Of a stretch of DNA of 59,493 nt, positions 51,831 to 59,140 are shown piece by piece; the first letter of the stretch is position 1; every line of letters begins with the position of its first letter. Both the position numbers and the translations under genes were made by a program. Below the pieces are notes generated by a model that did no database searches, had not been told where the DNA came from, and was given only the letters and a program-made list of their open reading frames with translations. Location: positions 1 to 59,493 of the IMG/VR virus record IMGVR_UViG_3300019458_000009. One strand, written 5' to 3'. This stretch comes from a virus.

Positions 51831-51867
51831 CGCGGGCTTCACCCGCGAACTCGCCCGAAGGCGAGTT
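51831..51867 (-). other. Two adjacent tetraloop-type stem-loops after the 51876-52037 ORF.
   Basis: On the minus strand: AACTCGCC-TTCG-GGCGAGTT (8 bp), immediately followed by CGCGGG-TGAAG-CCCGCG (6 bp). There is no U-tract. Confidence 0.5.
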
Positions 51868-51875
51868 TCGGCCTG

Positions 51876-52037
51876 CTACAGGTTCTCCAAGATCGAGTCG
51901 CCGCCCAGCTGCCGGTCCAGCTCCTGCGGCCAGTTGGCCGGCCAGGCGCCGACCGGGTCCACCGGCAGCTCAAAGCCCACCGTGAAGATGGCCGCCAGCA
52001 AGTCGGGATCGAGTGGGGTCGAGTTCAGCTGGTCCAT
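51876..52037 (-). CDS. Acidic mini-protein below the ORF-track cut-off (53 aa).
   Basis: Hand translation gives MDQLNSTPLDPDLLAAIFTVGFELPVDPVGAWPANWPQELDRQLGGDSILENL. ATG 52037 shares 1 nt with the upstream TAA. Confidence 0.4.
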   Translation of the reverse strand: MDQLNSTPLDPDLLAAIFTVGFELPVDPVGAWPANWPQELDRQLGGDSILENL

Positions 52038-52258
52038 TACGCGCTCCCCTCTTCTTCAAGCTCCATCACGGCCAGCGCGACGTCCTTCAAGAAGTCGGCC
52101 CGGTCCTCAAAATCGATGGGGTCCATCTCGTACTCTGCCACAAGCTCATGCTCCGGGTCGAGCTTCTTGAGCCGAGCGACCAGGAGTTTCATCGCCTTGC
52201 TCACAGAGTCATTGTAGCCATCGTGGTGCTTTGGGTCGCGCGAGTTCTTGCAAGTCAT
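52037..52258 (-). CDS. Hypothetical acidic protein (73 aa).
   Basis: ATG 52258 shares 1 nt with the upstream TAA. Confidence 0.5.
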   Translation of the reverse strand: MTCKNSRDPKHHDGYNDSVSKAMKLLVARLKKLDPEHELVAEYEMDPIDFEDRADFLKDVALAVMELEEEGSA

Positions 52259-52470
52259 TACGCGCTCCTCTCTTCGGGGGTCACGATCAGGCTGCCCCGC
52301 CAGACGTAGGTCGGCGGGAAGCTGAAGTTGATCGAGCTGCGCACGATCACCAGCGAACGGTCGCCGTTGTTCTCCAGCACTTCGTACAGCCACGCGCCGG
52401 CAGGGTCCTCGGAGTCGCGCACCCGGAAGGTCTGGCCCACGGCCAGGTCGCGCAGGCGGGTCGTCGTCAT
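52258..52470 (-). CDS. First gene of the early operon, hypothetical (70 aa).
   Basis: GAGAGGAG RBS, then ATG 52470. The ORF-track start at 52530 lies in AT-rich leader sequence. Confidence 0.5.
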   Translation of the reverse strand: MTTTRLRDLAVGQTFRVRDSEDPAGAWLYEVLENNGDRSLVIVRSSINFSFPPTYVWRGSLIVTPEERSA

Positions 52471-52501
52471 TTCGGTTCTCCTCTCATCAATCAACACAAA
52501 G

Positions 52502-52530
52502 ATTATACGACGGAATTCGCGATTCTGCAC
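52502..52530 (-). promoter_or_regulatory. Candidate early promoter: a perfect TATAAT -10 box (52507-52502) with a weak -35 (GTGCAG) at 17-bp spacing.
   Basis: Read on the minus strand about 32 nt upstream of the first early start codon. The host and its sigma specificity are unknown. Confidence 0.3.
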
Positions 52531-52791
52531 CAGAAAACTGCAAAGTCGGTGAAGATAATTAAAATTATAACTCCTTGAGTACCAATGACTTAGAGGGGTT
52601 AGGGCCGAATTGCGGCCCGGGGGCGAATTTTTAATTTCCCTTCATTATAATAGGCGCGCCGGGCCGGGGCCGCGGAAATTACATCACGGAAGCGTAATAC
52701 GACAACCCGGGCGCTTGCCGTAACACGAAGAACGCCCCCGCGTTACACAAAGTGTTACGGTAAGTTACAGCAAGTGTTACAGCAAGTGCAA

Positions 52792-52808
52792 AAATAGCTG
52801 AGCTATTT
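52792..52808. repeat. Perfect palindrome AAATAGCT-G-AGCTATTT inside the control region.
   Basis: Read directly. The arms are 8 bp with a 1-nt centre. Confidence 0.6.
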
Positions 52809-53201
52809 GGGTCAAGCGCGGCGGAGGCTTACCGTAACACTTACCGTAACGCCGCTGTAACTTACCGTAACAGTTAGCGTAACAAAGCGAGCGCGGTTGT
52901 TACGGCAAGCCTAGCGGGAGCTCGGCTACCAGGAGCCGTGGGGCGCCGGCCGCGTCCTAAGCATGGTGGTTTGTTACAGCAAACACGGGAAAGTTACCAG
53001 GGTTAGGAAAGTCAACGTGAGGTCTAGGTAGGTAGTAAGGAGAATTTGTTACAGTAAAAATTTAGTTACCCCAATTGTTACCTCTAGAATTGAAATTTGA
53101 ACTTTTTTGTTTTGCTTCGTGTTACACTTACGGGTAACAGTTTTTATTACTGTAACAGTTTTTAGGACGTAGACCTCCCGGCGGCCACGGCGCTTTGGTG
53201 A

Positions 53202-53274
53202 CTGGGTAACTATTCCGTGTTTGCCGTAACAGACCGCGGAGGCCTGGGTAACTATTGCATGTTTGCTGTAACAG
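53202..53274. repeat. Two 31-bp direct repeats (53202-53232 and 53244-53274, period 42 bp), each holding two GTAAC cores.
   Basis: CTGGGTAACTATTCCGTGTTTGCCGTAACAG versus CTGGGTAACTATTGCATGTTTGCTGTAACAG, with 3 mismatches. Confidence 0.8.
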
Positions 53275-53341
53275 TCGCGCGTTCTACTGGGCTACCGGCA
53301 TTTTGCTGTAACACTTCAATCGCGGGAGGCGTCAAACTCAC

Positions 53342-54073
53342 GTGAGCGACGTAGACGCGCGGACGTGCTCGATCTGTCGAACGGCGGTAGTCGCCGGCCG
53401 GCGGTACTGCGGCGTCGCCTGCAAGCAGGCGGCGTACCGCGCGCGACGAGATGAGACGCGGGTCGACGTGCTTCAACTTCACGATAAGAGGAGACGCCGC
53501 ATGGACCGCGCTGAAATTCGGACGTGCCTCGGCTGCGGCCAGGGGCTCCTGGTGGGCAAGACCTCGCAGCGGTACTGCAGCAACGGCTGCCGGCAGTTGG
53601 CGTACCGCGCTCGAAAGTCGCGCGGCCTGAAGGCCACCCCCGTGGGCCAGCCCACCGCGGTGGAGCGAGCGTGGACCGTAGCGCCGAGCGCGCGGCTGGC
53701 GCCGCCGGCCTACCTGCTCGCCCCGCAGCCCACGGACTTCGGAGACATCCCCGGGCTGCCGCTGGACCACCCCTACCCCGACTTCTCCAAGTCGACGGCC
53801 GAGACCCGCGCGCAGTGGGAGCGGGACGCCCGCATGGAGAACTTCAAGAAGGTGGACCCGGCGGGCCACGAGCGCTGGTGGGACGCCTACTACCAGAAGA
53901 TGTGGGAAACCGGCGAGATTCGCCATTGCGATTGCTGCTACCGGGCGCCGGAGTGTCGCTGCGAGTGTCCCGCGGGGTGCAACTCGGAGTTTCTCGCCGC
54001 CGCGGTGGTGGACGCGCTGCGGGCCCGTCGCTCCGATGCGCCGCCGCCAGGGGCCGACGCCGCTTCAACTTAG
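53342..54073 (+). CDS. Tandem zinc-ribbon protein with two CxxC-x(n)-YCxxxC(K/R)QxAYRAR modules and a Cys-rich C-terminal segment, a candidate DNA-binding regulator (243 aa).
   Basis: GGGAGG upstream of GTG 53342. The two modules are CSICRTAVVAGRRYCGVACKQAAYRARRDE and CLGCGQGLLVGKTSQRYCSNGCRQLAYRARKSRG. HCDCCYRAPECRCECPAGC lies later. This is the first plus-strand gene, flanked on both sides by GTAAC motifs. Confidence 0.55.
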   Translation: MSDVDARTCSICRTAVVAGRRYCGVACKQAAYRARRDETRVDVLQLHDKRRRRMDRAEIRTCLGCGQGLLVGKTSQRYCSNGCRQLAYRARKSRGLKATPVGQPTAVERAWTVAPSARLAPPAYLLAPQPTDFGDIPGLPLDHPYPDFSKSTAETRAQWERDARMENFKKVDPAGHERWWDAYYQKMWETGEIRHCDCCYRAPECRCECPAGCNSEFLAAAVVDALRARRSDAPPPGADAAST

Positions 54074-54144
54074 CTGGGTCAAACCATGCCCCTCCGGGGG
54101 CCGTTGATCTCAGGTCAACCTCGGGCCCCCTCTAATATTAAGCT

Positions 54145-54172
54145 GTTACAAAAAGGCCCCTGTTTTTGTAAC
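54145..54172. repeat. Perfect 10-bp inverted repeat GTTACAAAAA-N8-TTTTTGTAAC.
   Basis: Read directly. The two arms are themselves GTTAC/GTAAC cores. Confidence 0.8.
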
Positions 54173-54258
54173 GGTTCGCCCCGCGTCCCGCCGGCATGCT
54201 ATCTACCGTCGGCTCACGGCGCAAATCTTACCCCGCAATTTGTAACGGTTCCCCGCGC
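54165..54258 (+). repeat. Direct repeat TTTGTAACGGTTC(G)CCCGCG at 54165 and 54239 (period 74 bp), upstream of the terminase genes.
   Basis: A 13-bp exact core plus a GC tail, read directly. It lies 66 to 160 bp before the putative small terminase start. Confidence 0.75.
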
Positions 54259-54323
54259 TAACATTAAGTTCAAGCGCAACCTTTCGGGTATCTTACTCCC
54301 TCCCGCCGTGATATCATTAATCC

Positions 54324-55019
54324 ATGACGCGTGAGTTGTCTCCCCGGCCCGGCGCCGCGCTCCGCGCCCGGTACGAGCGGACGCTGGAGATGTCGCCGGC
54401 CCTCCTGGATCGCCTGCAACAGGCCTCGGCGTCCGAGCTCTCGCTGCGCGACGAGGTGGCCCTGGCCCGGACCCTGCTGGACGAGGTGCTGGCCTCGGTG
54501 GCCGCGGCGCACGGGCGCACCGGTAAGCTGTCGGCCGACGGTCTCGGCCTGCTCATGGAGCAGCTCAACCAGGTGCACCGGCTCGTGGAGTCGGCGGCCT
54601 CGATCGAGGCCAAGCGGGGCGACCAGGCCTTGTCCGCGACGCACGTGCTGCTCCTGGTGACCGCCCTGCGCGACGACCTGCGCCGGTCCCTGACGGCGGC
54701 GTTCGGCGACGGCGCGGCCGAGCTGGTCGACGACGCGTTCCGCCGGCAGCGGTGGACCGGCGGGCTCGACCCGGCGGCCGTCGCAGAGGCCCTGGCGGCG
54801 CCGGCGGCGTACGAGGTCAAGTTCCGGCCCCTGGAGCGCGAGGGCGGCGACGGGCCCGTGCGCGAGCGGCGCGACGCGATCCCGGCCGACGGGCTCCTGG
54901 ATGCGCTGGCCGGCGCGCCGGCGGGCGACCCGGCCCTGGCGGCGGAGGCCGAGGCGGCGGACCGGGCGGCGAGCGGCGGCGAACCCGACCCGCTCAACGG
55001 GCGCGGGGGGCGCGCGTGA
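54324..55019 (+). CDS. Putative small terminase subunit, assigned by position (231 aa).
   Basis: A helical Ala/Leu-rich protein just upstream of the large terminase. No Shine-Dalgarno sequence is visible before ATG 54324. The function is positional inference only. Confidence 0.4.
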   Translation: MTRELSPRPGAALRARYERTLEMSPALLDRLQQASASELSLRDEVALARTLLDEVLASVAAAHGRTGKLSADGLGLLMEQLNQVHRLVESAASIEAKRGDQALSATHVLLLVTALRDDLRRSLTAAFGDGAAELVDDAFRRQRWTGGLDPAAVAEALAAPAAYEVKFRPLEREGGDGPVRERRDAIPADGLLDALAGAPAGDPALAAEAEAADRAASGGEPDPLNGRGGRA

Positions 55020-55159
55020 GCCCCGGCCTGAAGCTGCTGCGCCTGGCGCTCCGCGTCGCGCTGGCGGCGGGCCTGGTGTGGCTCGCGTTCGCGGCGGTTG
55101 GGTGGCTGGTGTCGCTGCTGACCTACATGCGCCGGGTAGAAGCAGAGATGTGGCGATGA
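55016..55159 (+). CDS. Small membrane protein (47 aa).
   Basis: GTG 55016 sits in a GTGA overlap. The sequence is LALRVALAAGLVWLAFAAVGWLVSLL. Confidence 0.4.
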   Translation: MSPGLKLLRLALRVALAAGLVWLAFAAVGWLVSLLTYMRRVEAEMWR

Positions 55160-55338
55160 GGAAAATCTTCCTAAGCTTAACGCTGGGACTGGCCGCCGGC
55201 TGCCTGTTGGCCGATTGGCTTGAGGCAGTGCTCGAGGTGGCCAAGTTCCTGGCGTCCTACCTGCTGGACTGCGGGCGCGCCTGGCTCGAGGAGCGCGGGT
55301 TGAGCTTCCCGTTCGGTAACGGGGGCGCGGAGGTCTGA
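55156..55338 (+). CDS. Small lipoprotein-like protein (60 aa).
   Basis: ATG 55156 sits in an ATGA overlap. The leader is MRKIFLSLTLGLAAGC. Confidence 0.4.
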   Translation: MRKIFLSLTLGLAAGCLLADWLEAVLEVAKFLASYLLDCGRAWLEERGLSFPFGNGGAEV

Positions 55339-56663
55339 TGCCGGGCACCGTCGACTACTCGCAGGCCCCCGCCAAGGCGCCGGCGCGCGTCATCGAGCTC
55401 CCCGGACACTGGGGCCAGCTGCGCGTCATGGCGTCGCCGGCCCGGTTCAAGTGGATCTACTCCTCGCGCCGGTGGGGCAAGACCACGTACGGCGTCATGG
55501 ATGTGATCGACAAGGCGAAGACGCCGAACCCGGACGGGCTCATCTGGTGGGTGTCGCCGACGTACCGGCAGTGCCGGCGCCCGTTTCGCACCCTGCTGTC
55601 GGCCCTGTCGGGCACGGGGCTCGTGCGGCGCGTGCGGCGGGACGAGATGATTATCGAGCTGCTGACCGGCCAGCGGATCGAGTTCCGCACGGCGGACCAG
55701 CCCGACAACCTGCGCGGCGATGGCGTCAACCACCTGGTAGTCGACGAGATGGCGCAGATCAGCGACGAAGTCTGGTACGACTGCCTGCGCCCGGCCCTGT
55801 CCGACACGCGGGGCTCCGCGACCGGCATCGGCACGCCGCGCGGCCGGCGCGGCTTCTCGTACGAGAACTACTCGCGCGGGCTCCAGGGCGAGCCGGGTTA
55901 CGAGTCGTGGAAGTTCACGGCCATGGACGCCGTATTCATCCCGCGAGCGGAGCTTGAGGAAGCGCGGCGCACGCTGCCCGCGCGGGCCTTCGACCAGGAG
56001 TTCATGGCGGCGTTCCTCGACGGTGTCGGCGCCGTGTTCGAGAACGTGCGGACCCGACCGCGCGTCGCGCCCCTGGCCGGCGAGGCCGTGGGCATCGGGG
56101 CCGACTGGGCGAAGAAGGTGGACTTCACCTGGTTCGTCGCCGTGGGCGCGGAGAGCGGGGCGATCCTGAAGATTTTCCGGGCGCCGCAGCGCTTGTCGTA
56201 CGCGCGGCAGGTCGAGCTCCTGGCGGAGTTCGCGAAGCCGTTTCGGGCCGCCGGCCGGCGGGCTTACCTCTGCCATGACCAGACCGGCGTGGGCGAGGCG
56301 GTGGCCGACCTCTTGGCGGGCGTGCGCACCGGCGACGGCGACCGGTACTTCCACGAGCGCAACAGCGAGGGCGTCGTGTTCACCGAAGCGGTCAAGCGGG
56401 AGCTCGTCGAGGAGGCTGTTGTCGACTTCGAGGCGGGCAAGCTCGGCTTCGTCTCCGGCGCCGAGCATGATCCGGTGTACGAGGCCCTGGTGAAGGAGCA
56501 CGAGGACTTCTCGCTCGACGTGTCGAAGACCGGCAAGATCTCCTACGGCGCGCCGCAGGGGCTGCACGATGACGCGGTCATGGCGACGTGCCTAGCGAAC
56601 CGCGCGCGGCGGCTGCTTGCTCGACCGGCGAACCAGTTCAAGCCCCGGGTCAGCTTCGTGTAG
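55338..56663 (+). CDS. terL: Large terminase subunit (441 aa).
   Basis: Walker A is SSRRWGKTT and Walker B is VNHLVVDEMAQI. The nuclease acidic blocks are IGADWAKKVDFT, CHDQTGVGEA and GLHDDAVMATCLA. Confidence 0.85.
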   Translation: MPGTVDYSQAPAKAPARVIELPGHWGQLRVMASPARFKWIYSSRRWGKTTYGVMDVIDKAKTPNPDGLIWWVSPTYRQCRRPFRTLLSALSGTGLVRRVRRDEMIIELLTGQRIEFRTADQPDNLRGDGVNHLVVDEMAQISDEVWYDCLRPALSDTRGSATGIGTPRGRRGFSYENYSRGLQGEPGYESWKFTAMDAVFIPRAELEEARRTLPARAFDQEFMAAFLDGVGAVFENVRTRPRVAPLAGEAVGIGADWAKKVDFTWFVAVGAESGAILKIFRAPQRLSYARQVELLAEFAKPFRAAGRRAYLCHDQTGVGEAVADLLAGVRTGDGDRYFHERNSEGVVFTEAVKRELVEEAVVDFEAGKLGFVSGAEHDPVYEALVKEHEDFSLDVSKTGKISYGAPQGLHDDAVMATCLANRARRLLARPANQFKPRVSFV

Positions 56664-56666
56664 CGA

Positions 56667-56894
56667 ATGTGGAGATGGACGGCGACAAGAAAACTTTGGT
56701 GGTGGGCGTGGGTGGCGGCGATGGCCGGCGCGATGCTCGCCTCCGCGGAGCGGCCACCGGCGCCGCATCGGCACCCGCCCGGCCCGGACGGGCTGTACCA
56801 GTGGTGCCCGGACGTAGACTTTCGGCTGCACAACTTCAAGGCCGAGATGGAGTGGTGGCACCGGTACCAGGAAGGCTATAGGGAAGTATTGTGA
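56667..56894 (+). CDS. Trp-rich small protein with an N-terminal hydrophobic segment (75 aa).
   Basis: An ORF between the terminase and portal genes. Its stop overlaps the portal GTG. Confidence 0.45.
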   Translation: MWRWTATRKLWWWAWVAAMAGAMLASAERPPAPHRHPPGPDGLYQWCPDVDFRLHNFKAEMEWWHRYQEGYREVL

Positions 56895-59128
56895 CGACCC
56901 CGATCAAGGTCCAGGGACCCCCGCTCGAAAAGCGCCAGGTGGCGTTCCCCGAGGTGGACAAGCAGTTCTTCATGCCCATCCGGTTGCGCGACGCGCAGGG
57001 CGCGCTCAACGAGCCCTACCGGCAGCACGGCTGGACGTACGCGGTCGTTCGCGCGCTGGCGCTCAACATTAGCCAGGTGCCGTTCCTAATTAAGACCGGC
57101 ACGCGGCAGGATTCCGAGCTAGTTGAGGAGGGCGACGCCGGGTCCGAGTGGGTCACGTTGTTCGATAATCCCAACCCGGAGCTCTCGACGGCTCAATTGT
57201 GGGAGGCGGTCGTTACGTGGCTCTCGCTCTCGGGGGATTGCAAGGTCGTGAAGATCTCCAAGGACGATCGACCGGTGCGCCCCGACGAGGTGCCGCTGGA
57301 GCTGTGGCCGGAGAACGGTGCGGACTTTGAGCCGCTCGTAGACAAGGCCACGAAGCGCGTGCGGGGCTGGGTGCGCCGGACGCGCGGGAAGTCGCAGACG
57401 GAGGTCTACGAGGCGCACGAGATCTGCCACATCAAGTACTTCAACCCGTACAGTCGGTACCAGGGCATGGCCCCGTGGGAGGCGAGCGAACTGGCGACCC
57501 GGCAGGACTTCAAGGCCTCGCAGTACAACGAGGCCTTCTTTGACAACGACGCGACGCCGGGCCTGGTCCTGGTGTCCAAGGAGGAGCTGTCGAAGAACCA
57601 GCGCGACGAGATCCGCGACGCGTGGGAAGACCGGCACCGCGGGCGGCTCAAGCGCCGGCGCACCGCCGTGCTCGAGGGCGGCCTGGATTTGCGGGAGACC
57701 GGAGCGACGCACCGCGAGATGGAGTTCGTCACCCTGCGGCGCTTCTCGCTCGAGGAGCTGCTGGCCATCTACAAGGTGCCCGACAGCGAGGTGTCGAACT
57801 ACAAGAACCTGAACTTCGCCACGGCGCAGGTGGTCGATCGGGCCTTCTGGACGAAGACTCTGATCCCGATTATGAACCTCATCGAGGACGCCCTGTGGGC
57901 GCGACTCTTCCGCGAGCCGGGCAAATCTCAATTTTGGGGCGAGTTTGATGAGGTCTCGATCTCCGCGCTCAAGGAGAACTTCGGCGAGACGCTGGACAAC
58001 GCCCGGAAGGCGCGCGACCTTGGTTACACGCAGAATGAGGTCAACCAGCGCTTTGAGCTCGGCTTTGAGGAGGCGCCCGACTACGCCGACATCCCGCTCG
58101 TGCCGGCCGGCTACCAGGACGCGCGCGAGTTTACCTTGGGACCCGACGTCGTGGAGCCCCAGTCCCCCGTCGGCGAGGAGCCGGCGGCCCCGGCCCCGGA
58201 ACCCAGCCCGGCGGACGAGACCCCGGTTCCCGCCGCCGACGAGGATGAGGGGGAGACGGAGGCGGAGGGCCTCACGCCGGAGCAGGTCCACACGGTAGCG
58301 GTGTGGACCCGGCTGCGCGAGCCCGAGCGGGTCGCCCGTTGGGAGGCGGTGCTGCGCGCTAACCTGCAGCCCAACGAGCCGCAGTTTAAGCGCCGGTTCC
58401 GGCGGTACCTCATCAAGCTGCGCGCGGAACAATTGAAACGGCTGGAGGCCAGCGACCTCGGGGCGCGGTTCGCCGCTTCAGCGGAGGCGATTCGAGAGCT
58501 CCTTGAACGCGACAACGCTATCATTAATGATGAGATCCTGCGCGATTTGCGCGACACGATCAGCGGCGTGCTGTTCGACGAGAACAAGTGGAATCAGCGG
58601 CTGATCCGGCAGCACCACCCGCTCTACGTCAAGATCTCCTCGGACGCGGCGGGCCAGGTGACCCAGGAGATTGGCGGGGACTTCGTGTTCGACGCCGCCG
58701 ATCCGCGGCTGCAGCGGCTCATCGAGGGGCGGGAGCGCATCTTCGTGCAGGCCAACAACACGATCCGCAAGCAGCTGGCGCGCACCCTGGAAACCGGCGT
58801 TGGCCAGAAGGAGTCGATCACCGAGCTGGCCAAGCGGGTGCGCGATACGTTTGACTTCGCGGCGGGCCGGTCGCTGACCATCGCCCGCACCGAGGTCGCG
58901 TCCATGACCAACACGGTCCGGCACGAGGTCATGGAGGAGCAGGGCATCGTGAGGCACGAGTGGATCACCGCGAGGGACGAGGCGGTGCGGGACAGCCACC
59001 GCGAACAGGATGGCGACGTGGTCACGGTCGGGGATACCTTTCCCAACGGACTGCGGTACCCGAACGACCCGCTCGGCGACGCGAGCGAGACGATCAACTG
59101 TCGGTGCGTCGCGGTAGCGGTGGTGTAA
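56891..59128 (+). CDS. Portal protein (HK97-family-like) fused to a C-terminal Mu F/SPP1 gp7-like minor head domain (745 aa).
   Basis: GTG 56891 sits in a GTGA overlap. The portal core is FNPYSRYQGMAPWEA...FFDNDATPGLVL...EEL LAIYKVPDSEV. The C-terminal 130 aa, IARTEVASMTNTVRHEVMEE..HEWITARDEAVRDSHREQDGDVV...INCRCV, match the MuF-type signature. Confidence 0.8.
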   Translation: MTTPIKVQGPPLEKRQVAFPEVDKQFFMPIRLRDAQGALNEPYRQHGWTYAVVRALALNISQVPFLIKTGTRQDSELVEEGDAGSEWVTLFDNPNPELSTAQLWEAVVTWLSLSGDCKVVKISKDDRPVRPDEVPLELWPENGADFEPLVDKATKRVRGWVRRTRGKSQTEVYEAHEICHIKYFNPYSRYQGMAPWEASELATRQDFKASQYNEAFFDNDATPGLVLVSKEELSKNQRDEIRDAWEDRHRGRLKRRRTAVLEGGLDLRETGATHREMEFVTLRRFSLEELLAIYKVPDSEVSNYKNLNFATAQVVDRAFWTKTLIPIMNLIEDALWARLFREPGKSQFWGEFDEVSISALKENFGETLDNARKARDLGYTQNEVNQRFELGFEEAPDYADIPLVPAGYQDAREFTLGPDVVEPQSPVGEEPAAPAPEPSPADETPVPAADEDEGETEAEGLTPEQVHTVAVWTRLREPERVARWEAVLRANLQPNEPQFKRRFRRYLIKLRAEQLKRLEASDLGARFAASAEAIRELLERDNAIINDEILRDLRDTISGVLFDENKWNQRLIRQHHPLYVKISSDAAGQVTQEIGGDFVFDAADPRLQRLIEGRERIFVQANNTIRKQLARTLETGVGQKESITELAKRVRDTFDFAAGRSLTIARTEVASMTNTVRHEVMEEQGIVRHEWITARDEAVRDSHREQDGDVVTVGDTFPNGLRYPNDPLGDASETINCRCVAVAVV

Positions 59129-59140
59129 GGAGAAATTGAG

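Larger units (their letters stand above)
52720..53312. repeat. Dense array of the pentamer GTAAC/GTTAC, at least 24 copies in orientation blocks, in an ORF-free AT-richer control region.
   Basis: Copies by first base:
- GTAAC: 52720
- GTTAC: 52742, 52754, 52764, 52776
- GTAAC: 52834, 52846, 52857, 52867, 52879
- GTTAC: 52899, 52973, 52993, 53048, 53065, 53077, 53121
- GTAAC: 53134, 53152, 53206, 53226, 53248, 53268, 53308
The extended forms are CTTACCGTAAC (three copies) and TGTTACAG/CTGTAACA. Confidence 0.85.

Noticed and set aside
52720-53312. Whether the GTAAC repeat region is a CRISPR array or solitary CRISPR-repeat decoys.
   Set aside because: The units are only 5-11 bp, their spacing is irregular (10-70 bp), and their orientation switches in blocks. 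There is no 25-40 bp repeat with spacers of similar length.
52531-54323. tRNA or other structured RNA genes in the two large non-coding regions.
   Set aside because: By eye I found no cloverleaf-compatible arrangement and no GGTTCGAATCC-like T-arm. Only short hairpins are present (for example GGGCCG-aattg-CGGCCC at 52604-52620). A tRNAscan or Infernal run would be needed to exclude ncRNAs.
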